A stretch of DNA of 64,000 nt from an uncultured virus (IMG/VR IMGVR_UViG_2671180842_000004) (Duplodnaviria > Heunggongvirae > Uroviricota > Caudoviricetes). Positions within the stretch are counted from its first letter, which is position 1. Every line of letters begins with the position of its first letter. The position numbers and the translations under genes were made by a program. Of this stretch, positions 41,294 through 49,420 are shown in pieces. The stretch lies in IMG/VR virus record IMGVR_UViG_2671180842_000004. One strand, 5' to 3'. The notes under the pieces are model-generated. The model had not been told where the DNA came from, did no database searches, and saw nothing but the letters and a program-made list of their open reading frames with translations.

Positions 41294-41530
41294 TCAGGGC
41301 ATTATCTCTGCTAAAAAAGGAGAGAAAGTTTGGCGGTTGAGTGCGTCTATCTTGTTAAATTCCACTTCCGTTATTAAGCCTTTTTCGAGCATCTTTCTAA
41401 GCAATTTTTCTGCTCTATAATAATCAAATTCTCTTTGAAGCACCTCAGCACTTAAATATTTCTTTTTTGGATTTAATAGTAAATCTTGTTTATCTGTAAT
41501 TTTAGTTATCTGCATATAGGCAACCTCCAT
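41294..41530 (-). CDS. SHOCT-like small protein upstream of the recombinase triad
   Basis: REFDYYRA..LLRKMLEKGLITEVEFNKI motif. Confidence 0.75.
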   Translation of the reverse strand: MEVAYMQITKITDKQDLLLNPKKKYLSAEVLQREFDYYRAEKLLRKMLEKGLITEVEFNKIDALNRQTFSPFLAEIMP

Positions 41531-41593
41531 TTCTACAGGGAAAACCCTGCACCTATATGCAAAAATCCTTGATGATTCGAACCCCTAAAAGGC

Positions 41594-41634
41594 AAAAAAA
41601 ATGACCCAAAGAGCTGTTATACTCCTCGGGTCAT
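41594..41634 (-). terminator. Terminator after endolysin
   Basis: ATGACCC..GAG / CTC..GGGTCAT stem followed by a T-run on the minus strand. Confidence 0.65.
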
Positions 41635-41650
41635 AAAAATTAGCTGTTCG

Positions 41651-42352
41651 TTAATCGTACTTAATAAAGGCATCGGTAAAACCAGCTTTCTTAGCTTTGG
41701 CAAGTTGCGCTTCCGCATTGGCTTTTACAGAATAGGCACCGATTTGCACACGATAATATTTCTTTTTCTCCTGTTCTGCAGGCTTCTCTCCTTCACTTAA
41801 TAGCTTTTTCACATCCGCTCTGAAGGTATCCATGCCTTTTCCATGCTTTGGAAACCAGTTTTTCGGATCGCCATGATTACTTGCTATGCCTTTTTGATAT
41901 CCTTCACAGTGACCAATAACATCTTTTTCGGTCAAGTTATAGAGCTTGCAGAGATACACACACAGTTCTACCGCTTCCTTATAAACCGCATTAAAATACG
42001 CGGCATCGGTCAAACCGTCCTCGCAGATTTCAAAACCAATATGAGTATCGTTTGCCTTTCCACCTGCATGCCATCCACGATGGTTCCATGGCAGGGTTTG
42101 ATAAGTGGCAATTGAACCATCCTTAAGCTTTCCAATGAATGCATGAACACATACTTGCCTCCCACCTGGTTTATCCTGATTCCAGTGATTGTTGTACTCG
42201 TTTACACCCAACAGGCCATCGTCCGGTCCAACGTATCTACGAAGATACGGATTATTTGCACCAGTGCTATGAACCATAATGCCCTTCGGTGTAATCTTTC
42301 TGCCTGCCTTATAACACGCATTTTCAGTTAGAATAAGTTTCCTCAGATTCAT
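41651..42352 (-). CDS. Endolysin: N-acetylmuramoyl-L-alanine amidase plus SPOR domain
   Basis: GIMVHST, WHAGG, IGFEICE, GH..HGDP and C-terminal YRVQIGAYS..ANA. Confidence 0.92.
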   Translation of the reverse strand: MNLRKLILTENACYKAGRKITPKGIMVHSTGANNPYLRRYVGPDDGLLGVNEYNNHWNQDKPGGRQVCVHAFIGKLKDGSIATYQTLPWNHRGWHAGGKANDTHIGFEICEDGLTDAAYFNAVYKEAVELCVYLCKLYNLTEKDVIGHCEGYQKGIASNHGDPKNWFPKHGKGMDTFRADVKKLLSEGEKPAEQEKKKYYRVQIGAYSVKANAEAQLAKAKKAGFTDAFIKYD

Positions 42353-42759
42353 TACTCATTTCCTCCTTTGTTATGCAACTGTACAAGAATGTCTTTTAAC
42401 TGTTCTGGTATTGGCAGTCCTAGTCGACCAGCATTTTCTAGCATAGATATTCCTTCATTGGAGCAATAGAAAAAGATAATGGCTGTCCGGAGCACGCTAC
42501 CCTCTCCGATAAGGTTCGTATCAATCATATGTCCAATTCCGACCAAAACAAAAATAAGCACCTTCTTAAAGATGCCCCTAAATCCGATCTCACTAGATAG
42601 CTTCTTATCAACAATGGCACACATGACACCAGTGATATAATCAGCTACCATCAATGCCACTAATGCATATAAAAAACCATCAAAACCTCCTAAAAACCAG
42701 CCCAAGAATCCACCAAATGCTGTAAGTGCAGCTTGTACCCAATTCCATATTTCCTTCAT
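42352..42759 (-). CDS. Phage holin (holin_4_1 family)
   Basis: DYITG...LSSEIGFRGIFKK...NEGISMLEN.GRLGLPIP; RBS AAGGAGG before ATG 42759. Confidence 0.92.
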   Translation of the reverse strand: MKEIWNWVQAALTAFGGFLGWFLGGFDGFLYALVALMVADYITGVMCAIVDKKLSSEIGFRGIFKKVLIFVLVGIGHMIDTNLIGEGSVLRTAIIFFYCSNEGISMLENAGRLGLPIPEQLKDILVQLHNKGGNE

Positions 42760-42837
42760 GATTTTTACCTCCTTCATGATTGGTGAATATATAAAAAGAG
42801 TGCCTGCAATTTTTCGCAAACACTCCTGAATCGTTAA

Positions 42838-45309
42838 TTATATTTGTTTAGGCAGTGCCTCCCAAAGTCTCATATCCTCCTGTCCTAAAGACCATATGGC
42901 AATTCCTCTAAGCTTCCATCGATACGCTGCCTCGTTTGCCCAATAAACAAGGCTGTCTACATCCTGATAATAAAGAATAGAAAAACCGTCAGCATCTCCA
43001 AGAAACAAACGTGAAATCCAGACATTGATGTCCTTGGGCACGATTTTTACTGAATAATCATTTCCACAGGCCAGCGGCAAAAGCCCTGAATGGAAGAAAT
43101 CATAATCCATAGAGATGTCCTGGTTTCGTGTAGAAGCTTCCTCCACATCATTGTTAACTGTGAAAACCTGAAACTCACTATCCCATGTTACACCGGTTCT
43201 TGCCAGCCGCCCATACTCAGTTGTGGTTCCATCCGGGAAGGTTACATCAAACCTTTCATAAGGTTCATAAGTCCAGGCATCTCCCAGTCTAAGTAATTCG
43301 CATAGAATACGTCCATCAGACCGAACCCCGGCATACCCTCCTGAAAAACCACTAAGCGTCGCTGTAAAGCGCAAAACATTGCTTGCTCCAGAATAAACCC
43401 TCACAGAGTTACCTCGTATCCTCATTTCAATGGTGTACATTCTTGGATTTGAGCGAAGATCTGCTGATGCCGTTTTAACGATTTCAGTGGCATAACTGCC
43501 GATTAGAGAAGAACCATTATATAGTTCAATACGCTGTGTATTAAAGTTTAAACAGCAAAAGACATTACCACAAAAAATGCCTGCACGACCACTTCCCTCT
43601 GGAGTAAAGGCCAACCTTGCCCGCAAATGAACATCTGAAAACCCGCTATACTTCCACGCCACTTGGCCATACCCGTCAAGCTGCGAATAGGGACGACTGG
43701 CGGGATCATTTTGATTTTGCCATACCTGCCACTCGCCGCTAAGTGCTGTCCAGTAGCTGGAGGGAAGTGGATTGTCATCTCTGAAGTCTTCATACCAAAT
43801 TAGTGCTGAATCAGGCTTTCTGCGTAGCACCTCAGTGGTCAATATAAAACCTTTATCGGGTTCAGCCATTAAACCGTTCACATCTTTAAATTTGCGAGGG
43901 GATAGCATAAACTCTGCCTCTCCAGCAGAAGGTTCTTCAGAAAAACTCGAACATACTCGAAATCCATAGAACTGCACACCTGGTACTGAGCTACTAACGC
44001 TGACAGTATGGATACCAGCTGAAAGAAATACACCAGAAACCAAAGAAAGCCAACAAGTTGTTCGCCAGTATGGCCACCACAGCCTATTCTCGCTAAATAC
44101 CTTACTTGTCCCGTCAAGTGAAACATGAATACTATTCTTATCCCAGAAGGGAAATGAGATGCGAATGGCTACATCATAAATACCAGCAGATGAAATTTCA
44201 AATTCGTATTCGGCTTCACCTTCTTCACCAAGTGTTATCATTTGAGAAGAAACCGATACATTATCAGTATAGCTATCAGGGGTTCCGCCACTACGATCTA
44301 CATATATCGTGCCAAATTCAGTTTTTTGCTGCTTGCTGTAGGCAGTCAAATACCTGCGACGGTTATAAGTTTCACCCAGTAAAGGATAGGTTCTTGAAAC
44401 TGCATCCCAGCCTTCCATGTAGTCATACACATGTGGCAAGGCCCAAGGCACCTTATCATAATCATCCCAATACGCTATGATAGGAATCATGGGCTGTGGT
44501 GGTCCATCATCTGTAAAGTTATATCCCCCTGTCATCCAAAGCTGTGCCGCATAATATGTGTTTGAAATCCCACGATAAGTGATGCCCAGATTTTCTGGTG
44601 TATCGTGGATTCTCCAGTTCCAACCATATGCAGGCAGTCCTAAAAAATTTTTTTCAGGAGTCATAACCCGGACTGCATAATCATAAATGCCTTCCAACCA
44701 ATCCCTGGGAGATACCGGACCCGGTGCAGATCCTGCCCATGCCATGCCATAACTCATAATCGTTGCTGTATCACAATAGGGATTCAAGTCTTCATAAACA
44801 CACCAGTTTTCGCCACCAACCGAGCCTTGTACTCCAGTCATGCCCGGTAGACAAATATTTACGAGTTTCGAAGAATCATAGGCTTTGACAGTGTTATATA
44901 TGTCTCGAAATAGATCATTAGCAGCATCCTTGTTTTCATAGCCACCTCCACGTTCCAAGTCTATATCCACTCCAGCACACCAAGGATACTTATTCATGAT
45001 GCGAATAATCTCAGTAAGAAATTTATCCTTTGCACCATTGGTGTTATTTCTAAGGGCTGTAAAAATAGAAGCCGTACCATGATTCATGATTGTAAGTAGC
45101 CATTTGATATGAGGCCAGCGGTTAATGTAAGTAAGCATACTGGATATGCTTGTTCCTGTTTCTGTTATGGTCCCGGTGATATCCACTTCAAAAGTAAAAA
45201 TACCCACCGTATCAATTCGATCGCCATAGTCTCGTAGCGCCTGATACATGCGGGCATTTCCCATGAAACTCCAAACCATGCACCGCTTACCTTTTAGGTA
45301 ATCAATCAA
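42838..45309 (-). CDS. GH18-family glycoside hydrolase with a large beta-rich insertion (tail-associated)
   Basis: GVDIDLE catalytic motif, IMSYG, LGLPAYG and C-terminal LRGIAIWSLGQED. Confidence 0.85.
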   Translation of the reverse strand: MIDYLKGKRCMVWSFMGNARMYQALRDYGDRIDTVGIFTFEVDITGTITETGTSISSMLTYINRWPHIKWLLTIMNHGTASIFTALRNNTNGAKDKFLTEIIRIMNKYPWCAGVDIDLERGGGYENKDAANDLFRDIYNTVKAYDSSKLVNICLPGMTGVQGSVGGENWCVYEDLNPYCDTATIMSYGMAWAGSAPGPVSPRDWLEGIYDYAVRVMTPEKNFLGLPAYGWNWRIHDTPENLGITYRGISNTYYAAQLWMTGGYNFTDDGPPQPMIPIIAYWDDYDKVPWALPHVYDYMEGWDAVSRTYPLLGETYNRRRYLTAYSKQQKTEFGTIYVDRSGGTPDSYTDNVSVSSQMITLGEEGEAEYEFEISSAGIYDVAIRISFPFWDKNSIHVSLDGTSKVFSENRLWWPYWRTTCWLSLVSGVFLSAGIHTVSVSSSVPGVQFYGFRVCSSFSEEPSAGEAEFMLSPRKFKDVNGLMAEPDKGFILTTEVLRRKPDSALIWYEDFRDDNPLPSSYWTALSGEWQVWQNQNDPASRPYSQLDGYGQVAWKYSGFSDVHLRARLAFTPEGSGRAGIFCGNVFCCLNFNTQRIELYNGSSLIGSYATEIVKTASADLRSNPRMYTIEMRIRGNSVRVYSGASNVLRFTATLSGFSGGYAGVRSDGRILCELLRLGDAWTYEPYERFDVTFPDGTTTEYGRLARTGVTWDSEFQVFTVNNDVEEASTRNQDISMDYDFFHSGLLPLACGNDYSVKIVPKDINVWISRLFLGDADGFSILYYQDVDSLVYWANEAAYRWKLRGIAIWSLGQEDMRLWEALPKQI

Positions 45310-45896
45310 GGGCGCTCACTTCCTTCCTGCATTTCTTGAAATTCGAACAATAACCGAGCTGATTTTCTGTCCTCTAGCTTCACCACATGTTTGCTATCAC
45401 CGGATGCTGTATATTGAAAAAATCCTTCCTTATCAGTTGGATTTCCATTCTTTAAACACTGTCTGGTTGATGCTAGTAGTGAAAAGGTATCGCCTGGGCT
45501 AGCGACCTCTTTAAACTTTACCCTATGCGCCCCTGCCCCTTGAGACAATTGGATACTACCCGCAGCCATATTCTGTATAGGATAGATATGACAGTCAAGA
45601 CCTGTGGAAGTTGAACCCAGATTGAAGAGAATAACCGTCTCTCCGCTACGAACCACTCCGTTATAAAAACGAGCGGGAACAATAACACCGCCCTCCCGGA
45701 ATTTTTGAAGCATCGTTTCTGTATTAATTGTATAACCGGTTAGACGATCACCTTCCTGAGCCTGAATATCAGTGAAATAAACAGTACCTGTGCAATCTCC
45801 AAGAAGTAGTTTCACTGTTACGCTTACTACTCGTTTATCCTCTTTACAATGAATCGTCTCAGCAAACCTGGTAAATGTAACTGGCATCTGCACCAC
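45306..45896 (-). CDS. Tail-associated protein; N-terminus paralogous to the adjacent 64-aa ORF
   Basis: VTVKLLLGDCTGTVYFTDIQAQEG aligns by eye with LTIRLFITDCSGEVFFTDMLLQGG. Confidence 0.75.
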   Translation of the reverse strand: MVQMPVTFTRFAETIHCKEDKRVVSVTVKLLLGDCTGTVYFTDIQAQEGDRLTGYTINTETMLQKFREGGVIVPARFYNGVVRSGETVILFNLGSTSTGLDCHIYPIQNMAAGSIQLSQGAGAHRVKFKEVASPGDTFSLLASTRQCLKNGNPTDKEGFFQYTASGDSKHVVKLEDRKSARLLFEFQEMQEGSERP

Positions 45897-46091
45897 CTAC
45901 CCATCCAACGTCCACTTAATTTCTGATACATGACCAATCCAGCCCGTAGCAACAGAACCACCTTGCAAAAGCATATCTGTAAAGAACACCTCACCAGAAC
46001 AATCAGTAATGAAAAGACGGATGGTAAGCGACTTTATCTTTCCAATACCTCTCGGTGTAATAGCATGTGCTGTCTGTGAAAAATAAGCCAT
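45897..46091 (-). CDS. 64-aa tail-associated protein (C-terminal half of a CBM-like jelly roll)
   Basis: RBS AAGGAGG; in frame with the tail spike, 5 codons after its TAG. Confidence 0.7.
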   Translation of the reverse strand: MAYFSQTAHAITPRGIGKIKSLTIRLFITDCSGEVFFTDMLLQGGSVATGWIGHVSEIKWTLDG

Positions 46092-46106
46092 AGCACTGCC
46101 TCCTTC

Positions 46107-48629
46107 CTAAAAGAGATCGATAAACCTGGTTTCTGTCGACCCATCCTCATATTCAATGACAACTTCAATCCCAACTTGCCCGTTTGGCCCTTTCTGAAGG
46201 TTTTCCGATGCAATCTGCGCTGAGAAAGTGTAACTCTTCCTACTGGCAGGATAAACGGTCTGGGATAGACTTTTCGTCATCCCTAAAACGCCCTCAGCTT
46301 TAAAGGAAGCTGTTCCTGATACACCATTATTAGGGTCAACTGTAAAACCTGAACTTAACCAATAGGTTAGACCATCATCAGCTCGTGAATTTCGTAGATG
46401 ATTAAAAGGCACCAAGTCTTTTAATTCCTGACGGTCAAGAACATCAGTGGAAGATAAAATATCGGCTGCTTTATCCCACCCAGCAGAGGAATCTCCTAAT
46501 TCTCTTAAAGTTGTTGATAGCTCCAGCACTGTTTTCCATGGTTCTTGTAGATTATATTGTCTGCGAACTACACGAGTTTTGACAGATAACTTCAAATCTT
46601 TATCATCTACAGTTACTATGTCACCTAGTTTCCATGCCTCATGCTCATATCCTGTTAGCACTGATAAGTCCATTGCAGAGAGAACATATGAGATTCGTGG
46701 CTTCGCATACTGAGCTAAGCGCATATTGGCAAACTCAAGCAGCTGATAAGGGTTACTAATTGATGAAGCATCCAGCGTTCCTACTCTGACTTCTGATGAA
46801 TAGCTATAATCCTCAACATACTCCTTATTACCATTGATGGAGGCAAACGTCATGCCATCTTTACCATAAGCATAAAGCCTGGTAATTAGACTTCTTGTAT
46901 CCACCACGCGCTGTATACTTTTCATGTTCTTTCTATAGCAGAATAAGGCCCCGCTATCCGTACCGCCAAATGTCAAAAGGTGTACCAAACGATTGGCACT
47001 ATCGAAAATCAAGTCACCACCATGAATATTCTGTATTGTTCGTAGTATAGCTAATGCATTCTTTTCTGTTGATTGCCATGTTCGTTTTGTACTGACAGTG
47101 ACATTTCCTAATGACCAGCCAGTACCAAGTAAGGCATAGCGCATAGGAACTTCCGGTGTCTCTGCGACAAATTCCATGGGTTCTTTTTCAGCGCTAAAGG
47201 AAAGATCATAAAAGGCAGCTTCCGCATATACTTGAGTTACAACTCTACCATCTGAACTTTTCTCATCTGTTATAGTTCGAATACGATAAACATCATTGAC
47301 GATCTGCACCTGTTTTTCATTGTCTAATGTCACTCGCTTGGAATCATGAAATGGCAGTTTAAACTCCAGAATATCAGCGCCATTCACTTCACTTGTCACT
47401 ATGATATCAAAGGCATTCTCTAGCACTGCTTCCCAAGCACCGTTAGTATCCAACACAACTGGTCTGGCAAATCCAAGTCTCTCATAAGGTGGTTTTGGTA
47501 TATCATGTAGTTGTATTTCAAGAAGTTTAGGAGTTCTACTGGTGTCTTGAGTAGATAATGTAATTCGATAGCGGATATATTCTCTGTTAGGCGACTGCAG
47601 TTCCCCGCTTGCTCCAACGGCCTGCCATTCAGTCCAGCTAGACAGATCGTCTGATGTAGAAGTTTCCACTAGGCTTATGGCTGTTATACCTGCGGTGTAT
47701 TCACTTGTAACTGATACCCTGCCCGTTCCTGCAAGACTACAGGCAGCTGCTATCGTAAAAAGCTGACCACTTTGTGCATAGACTCCGCTTGTTGCTTTCA
47801 ACATGACAGAGCCAGGATCCGCAAGAGCATCTACATCAGCAGCACTGTCACCACCGTTTGCCAAAATTGAAAATTTGAAATAGGAAATAAGATCCTCCAT
47901 GGTAAGTAAAGAATCTTTTTCATAAAACCAGTCATCAAATCCTCCTGCGTAATAATAGGTATTTGCATGCATCCCCATCACTATATCCGCAACACAAGAT
48001 TGATTTAAGTCTCCAGTGAATGTTCGAACTGGAGATTGCCAAACAGCGCCATCACTTCGGTCACAAAGTAAGTTCTGCACCCTTTTGTTGTTTACCTCGA
48101 TAACAGAAGCGATAAAGTACCACCCGTTATTCTTTAGGGTAATAGTAGGCGTTTCGGTCTGATCATATATCAAGGAGCCTGAGGCATTATACAGCATTAA
48201 TCGCAACCTTCCCTGAAATAAAGAAACATAAAAAATTGGCTGACCAGGCCCTTGTCTAGTATTAAAAATCGGGATATATGTCTGCCCTACAGAATAAGTA
48301 GTTGGATTTATCCATCCGCCAACAACAATCTTTTCACCTAAATCACTAAAAAAGCTACCGTCATTGGTAGCCACTAAATGAGTCTTTTCACTTGTTGGAT
48401 TAATGATATTCTGCCTGAAATATCTTCCTAATCTACCGGATAACAAGTTGGCGGATGTGCCTGACCATCCGGATACAAAGAAGTTTCTGTTATGACCGGA
48501 GTCATCTGTAAGCATGTTGTTGCTATCTGGTGCGGCTTCATTAAATCGCCACAGAGCAACTGTCTTCTCGCTTACAGGAAACTCACCCGTAAAATCCGTC
48601 TGTGATGTTAAGATTGATTTAATTGCCAC
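46107..48629 (-). CDS. Tail spike/Tal protein (LamG-like N-domain, prophage-tail domain, partial CBM)
   Basis: VALWRFNE, GWYFIA, LITRLYAYGKDG, LGDIVTVDD and NHLRNS motifs; follows Dit. Confidence 0.85.
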   Translation of the reverse strand: MAIKSILTSQTDFTGEFPVSEKTVALWRFNEAAPDSNNMLTDDSGHNRNFFVSGWSGTSANLLSGRLGRYFRQNIINPTSEKTHLVATNDGSFFSDLGEKIVVGGWINPTTYSVGQTYIPIFNTRQGPGQPIFYVSLFQGRLRLMLYNASGSLIYDQTETPTITLKNNGWYFIASVIEVNNKRVQNLLCDRSDGAVWQSPVRTFTGDLNQSCVADIVMGMHANTYYYAGGFDDWFYEKDSLLTMEDLISYFKFSILANGGDSAADVDALADPGSVMLKATSGVYAQSGQLFTIAAACSLAGTGRVSVTSEYTAGITAISLVETSTSDDLSSWTEWQAVGASGELQSPNREYIRYRITLSTQDTSRTPKLLEIQLHDIPKPPYERLGFARPVVLDTNGAWEAVLENAFDIIVTSEVNGADILEFKLPFHDSKRVTLDNEKQVQIVNDVYRIRTITDEKSSDGRVVTQVYAEAAFYDLSFSAEKEPMEFVAETPEVPMRYALLGTGWSLGNVTVSTKRTWQSTEKNALAILRTIQNIHGGDLIFDSANRLVHLLTFGGTDSGALFCYRKNMKSIQRVVDTRSLITRLYAYGKDGMTFASINGNKEYVEDYSYSSEVRVGTLDASSISNPYQLLEFANMRLAQYAKPRISYVLSAMDLSVLTGYEHEAWKLGDIVTVDDKDLKLSVKTRVVRRQYNLQEPWKTVLELSTTLRELGDSSAGWDKAADILSSTDVLDRQELKDLVPFNHLRNSRADDGLTYWLSSGFTVDPNNGVSGTASFKAEGVLGMTKSLSQTVYPASRKSYTFSAQIASENLQKGPNGQVGIEVVIEYEDGSTETRFIDLF

Positions 48630-48633
48630 CAGA

Positions 48634-49407
48634 TCACCTCCATCTGCTTTTGGCCAGAATCTTCAGCTCCGAAAATGTTGCTCCCACAGCTGATACTGTT
48701 ATTTCATTTTCACCTTTGTGAAGTACAGGGAAGTTTAACTCATCCAGGACTGGAAGCCCATTTCGAAGTGTATTTCCGTTGGCATCGGTTATTTTTGCTG
48801 TCACTAATCCGCTATCAATTACAAGCACTTCATCTGCCGTCAAAGCTCCAACCACTCGAAGTTCCTCTCCATTCGTGGTAATAGAAATATATGTGGATGT
48901 AGATCCACTGATTGTGCCCTTAAGTTGATATATCGGTTCTGAATCTGTATTCCCGGTTATTCTTTGGAGCTCATGAGTTCCAACACTTGAAATCGTGAAT
49001 TGTTCATCTGTCAGCGCATAAGCGTGAGGATCAGGGCAGATAAACTTCAACTCAAAGGCACCTGCAGTTCTAAGTAATCTCTCGCAGTCTACTTGTTCAG
49101 TGAGGCGAGCATAAAAGAATCGATTCGGAATATCCTCTAATATAAGCTGCTTAAGTCCGTTCATTGGGTTGAGCCACTCTGCAAGATCATCTAACACGCT
49201 CACTAAATCTGCAAAGCTCTTTTGAGGATATATGCTACAGCTAATCGTAATGATCCGCTCTGAGATATCACAACCAAAGTCAGCAACCCCTGCCTTCCCC
49301 GGAACAACCTCATACGCGTTTCTTAATGCGGGAGATGCCTGCCAACTTGTGAGCCTTGCTTTTATCTTCATATTCTTTGAGTTAATACCGTTATAAATAA
49401 AGCCCAT
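48634..49407 (-). CDS. Distal tail (Dit) protein
   Basis: MGFIYNG...F.CPDP.AY...FPVL.KGENEI; follows tape measure. Confidence 0.85.
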   Translation of the reverse strand: MGFIYNGINSKNMKIKARLTSWQASPALRNAYEVVPGKAGVADFGCDISERIITISCSIYPQKSFADLVSVLDDLAEWLNPMNGLKQLILEDIPNRFFYARLTEQVDCERLLRTAGAFELKFICPDPHAYALTDEQFTISSVGTHELQRITGNTDSEPIYQLKGTISGSTSTYISITTNGEELRVVGALTADEVLVIDSGLVTAKITDANGNTLRNGLPVLDELNFPVLHKGENEITVSAVGATFSELKILAKSRWR

Positions 49408-49420
49408 ACATCGCCCTCCT

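Noticed and set aside
35959..41550. Shared 15-mer CAGGGAAAACCCTGC at 35959-35973 and 41536-41550
   Set aside because: Short palindrome; the first copy is explained by the msr(D) attenuator hairpin and there is no flanking homology. Probably coincidental.
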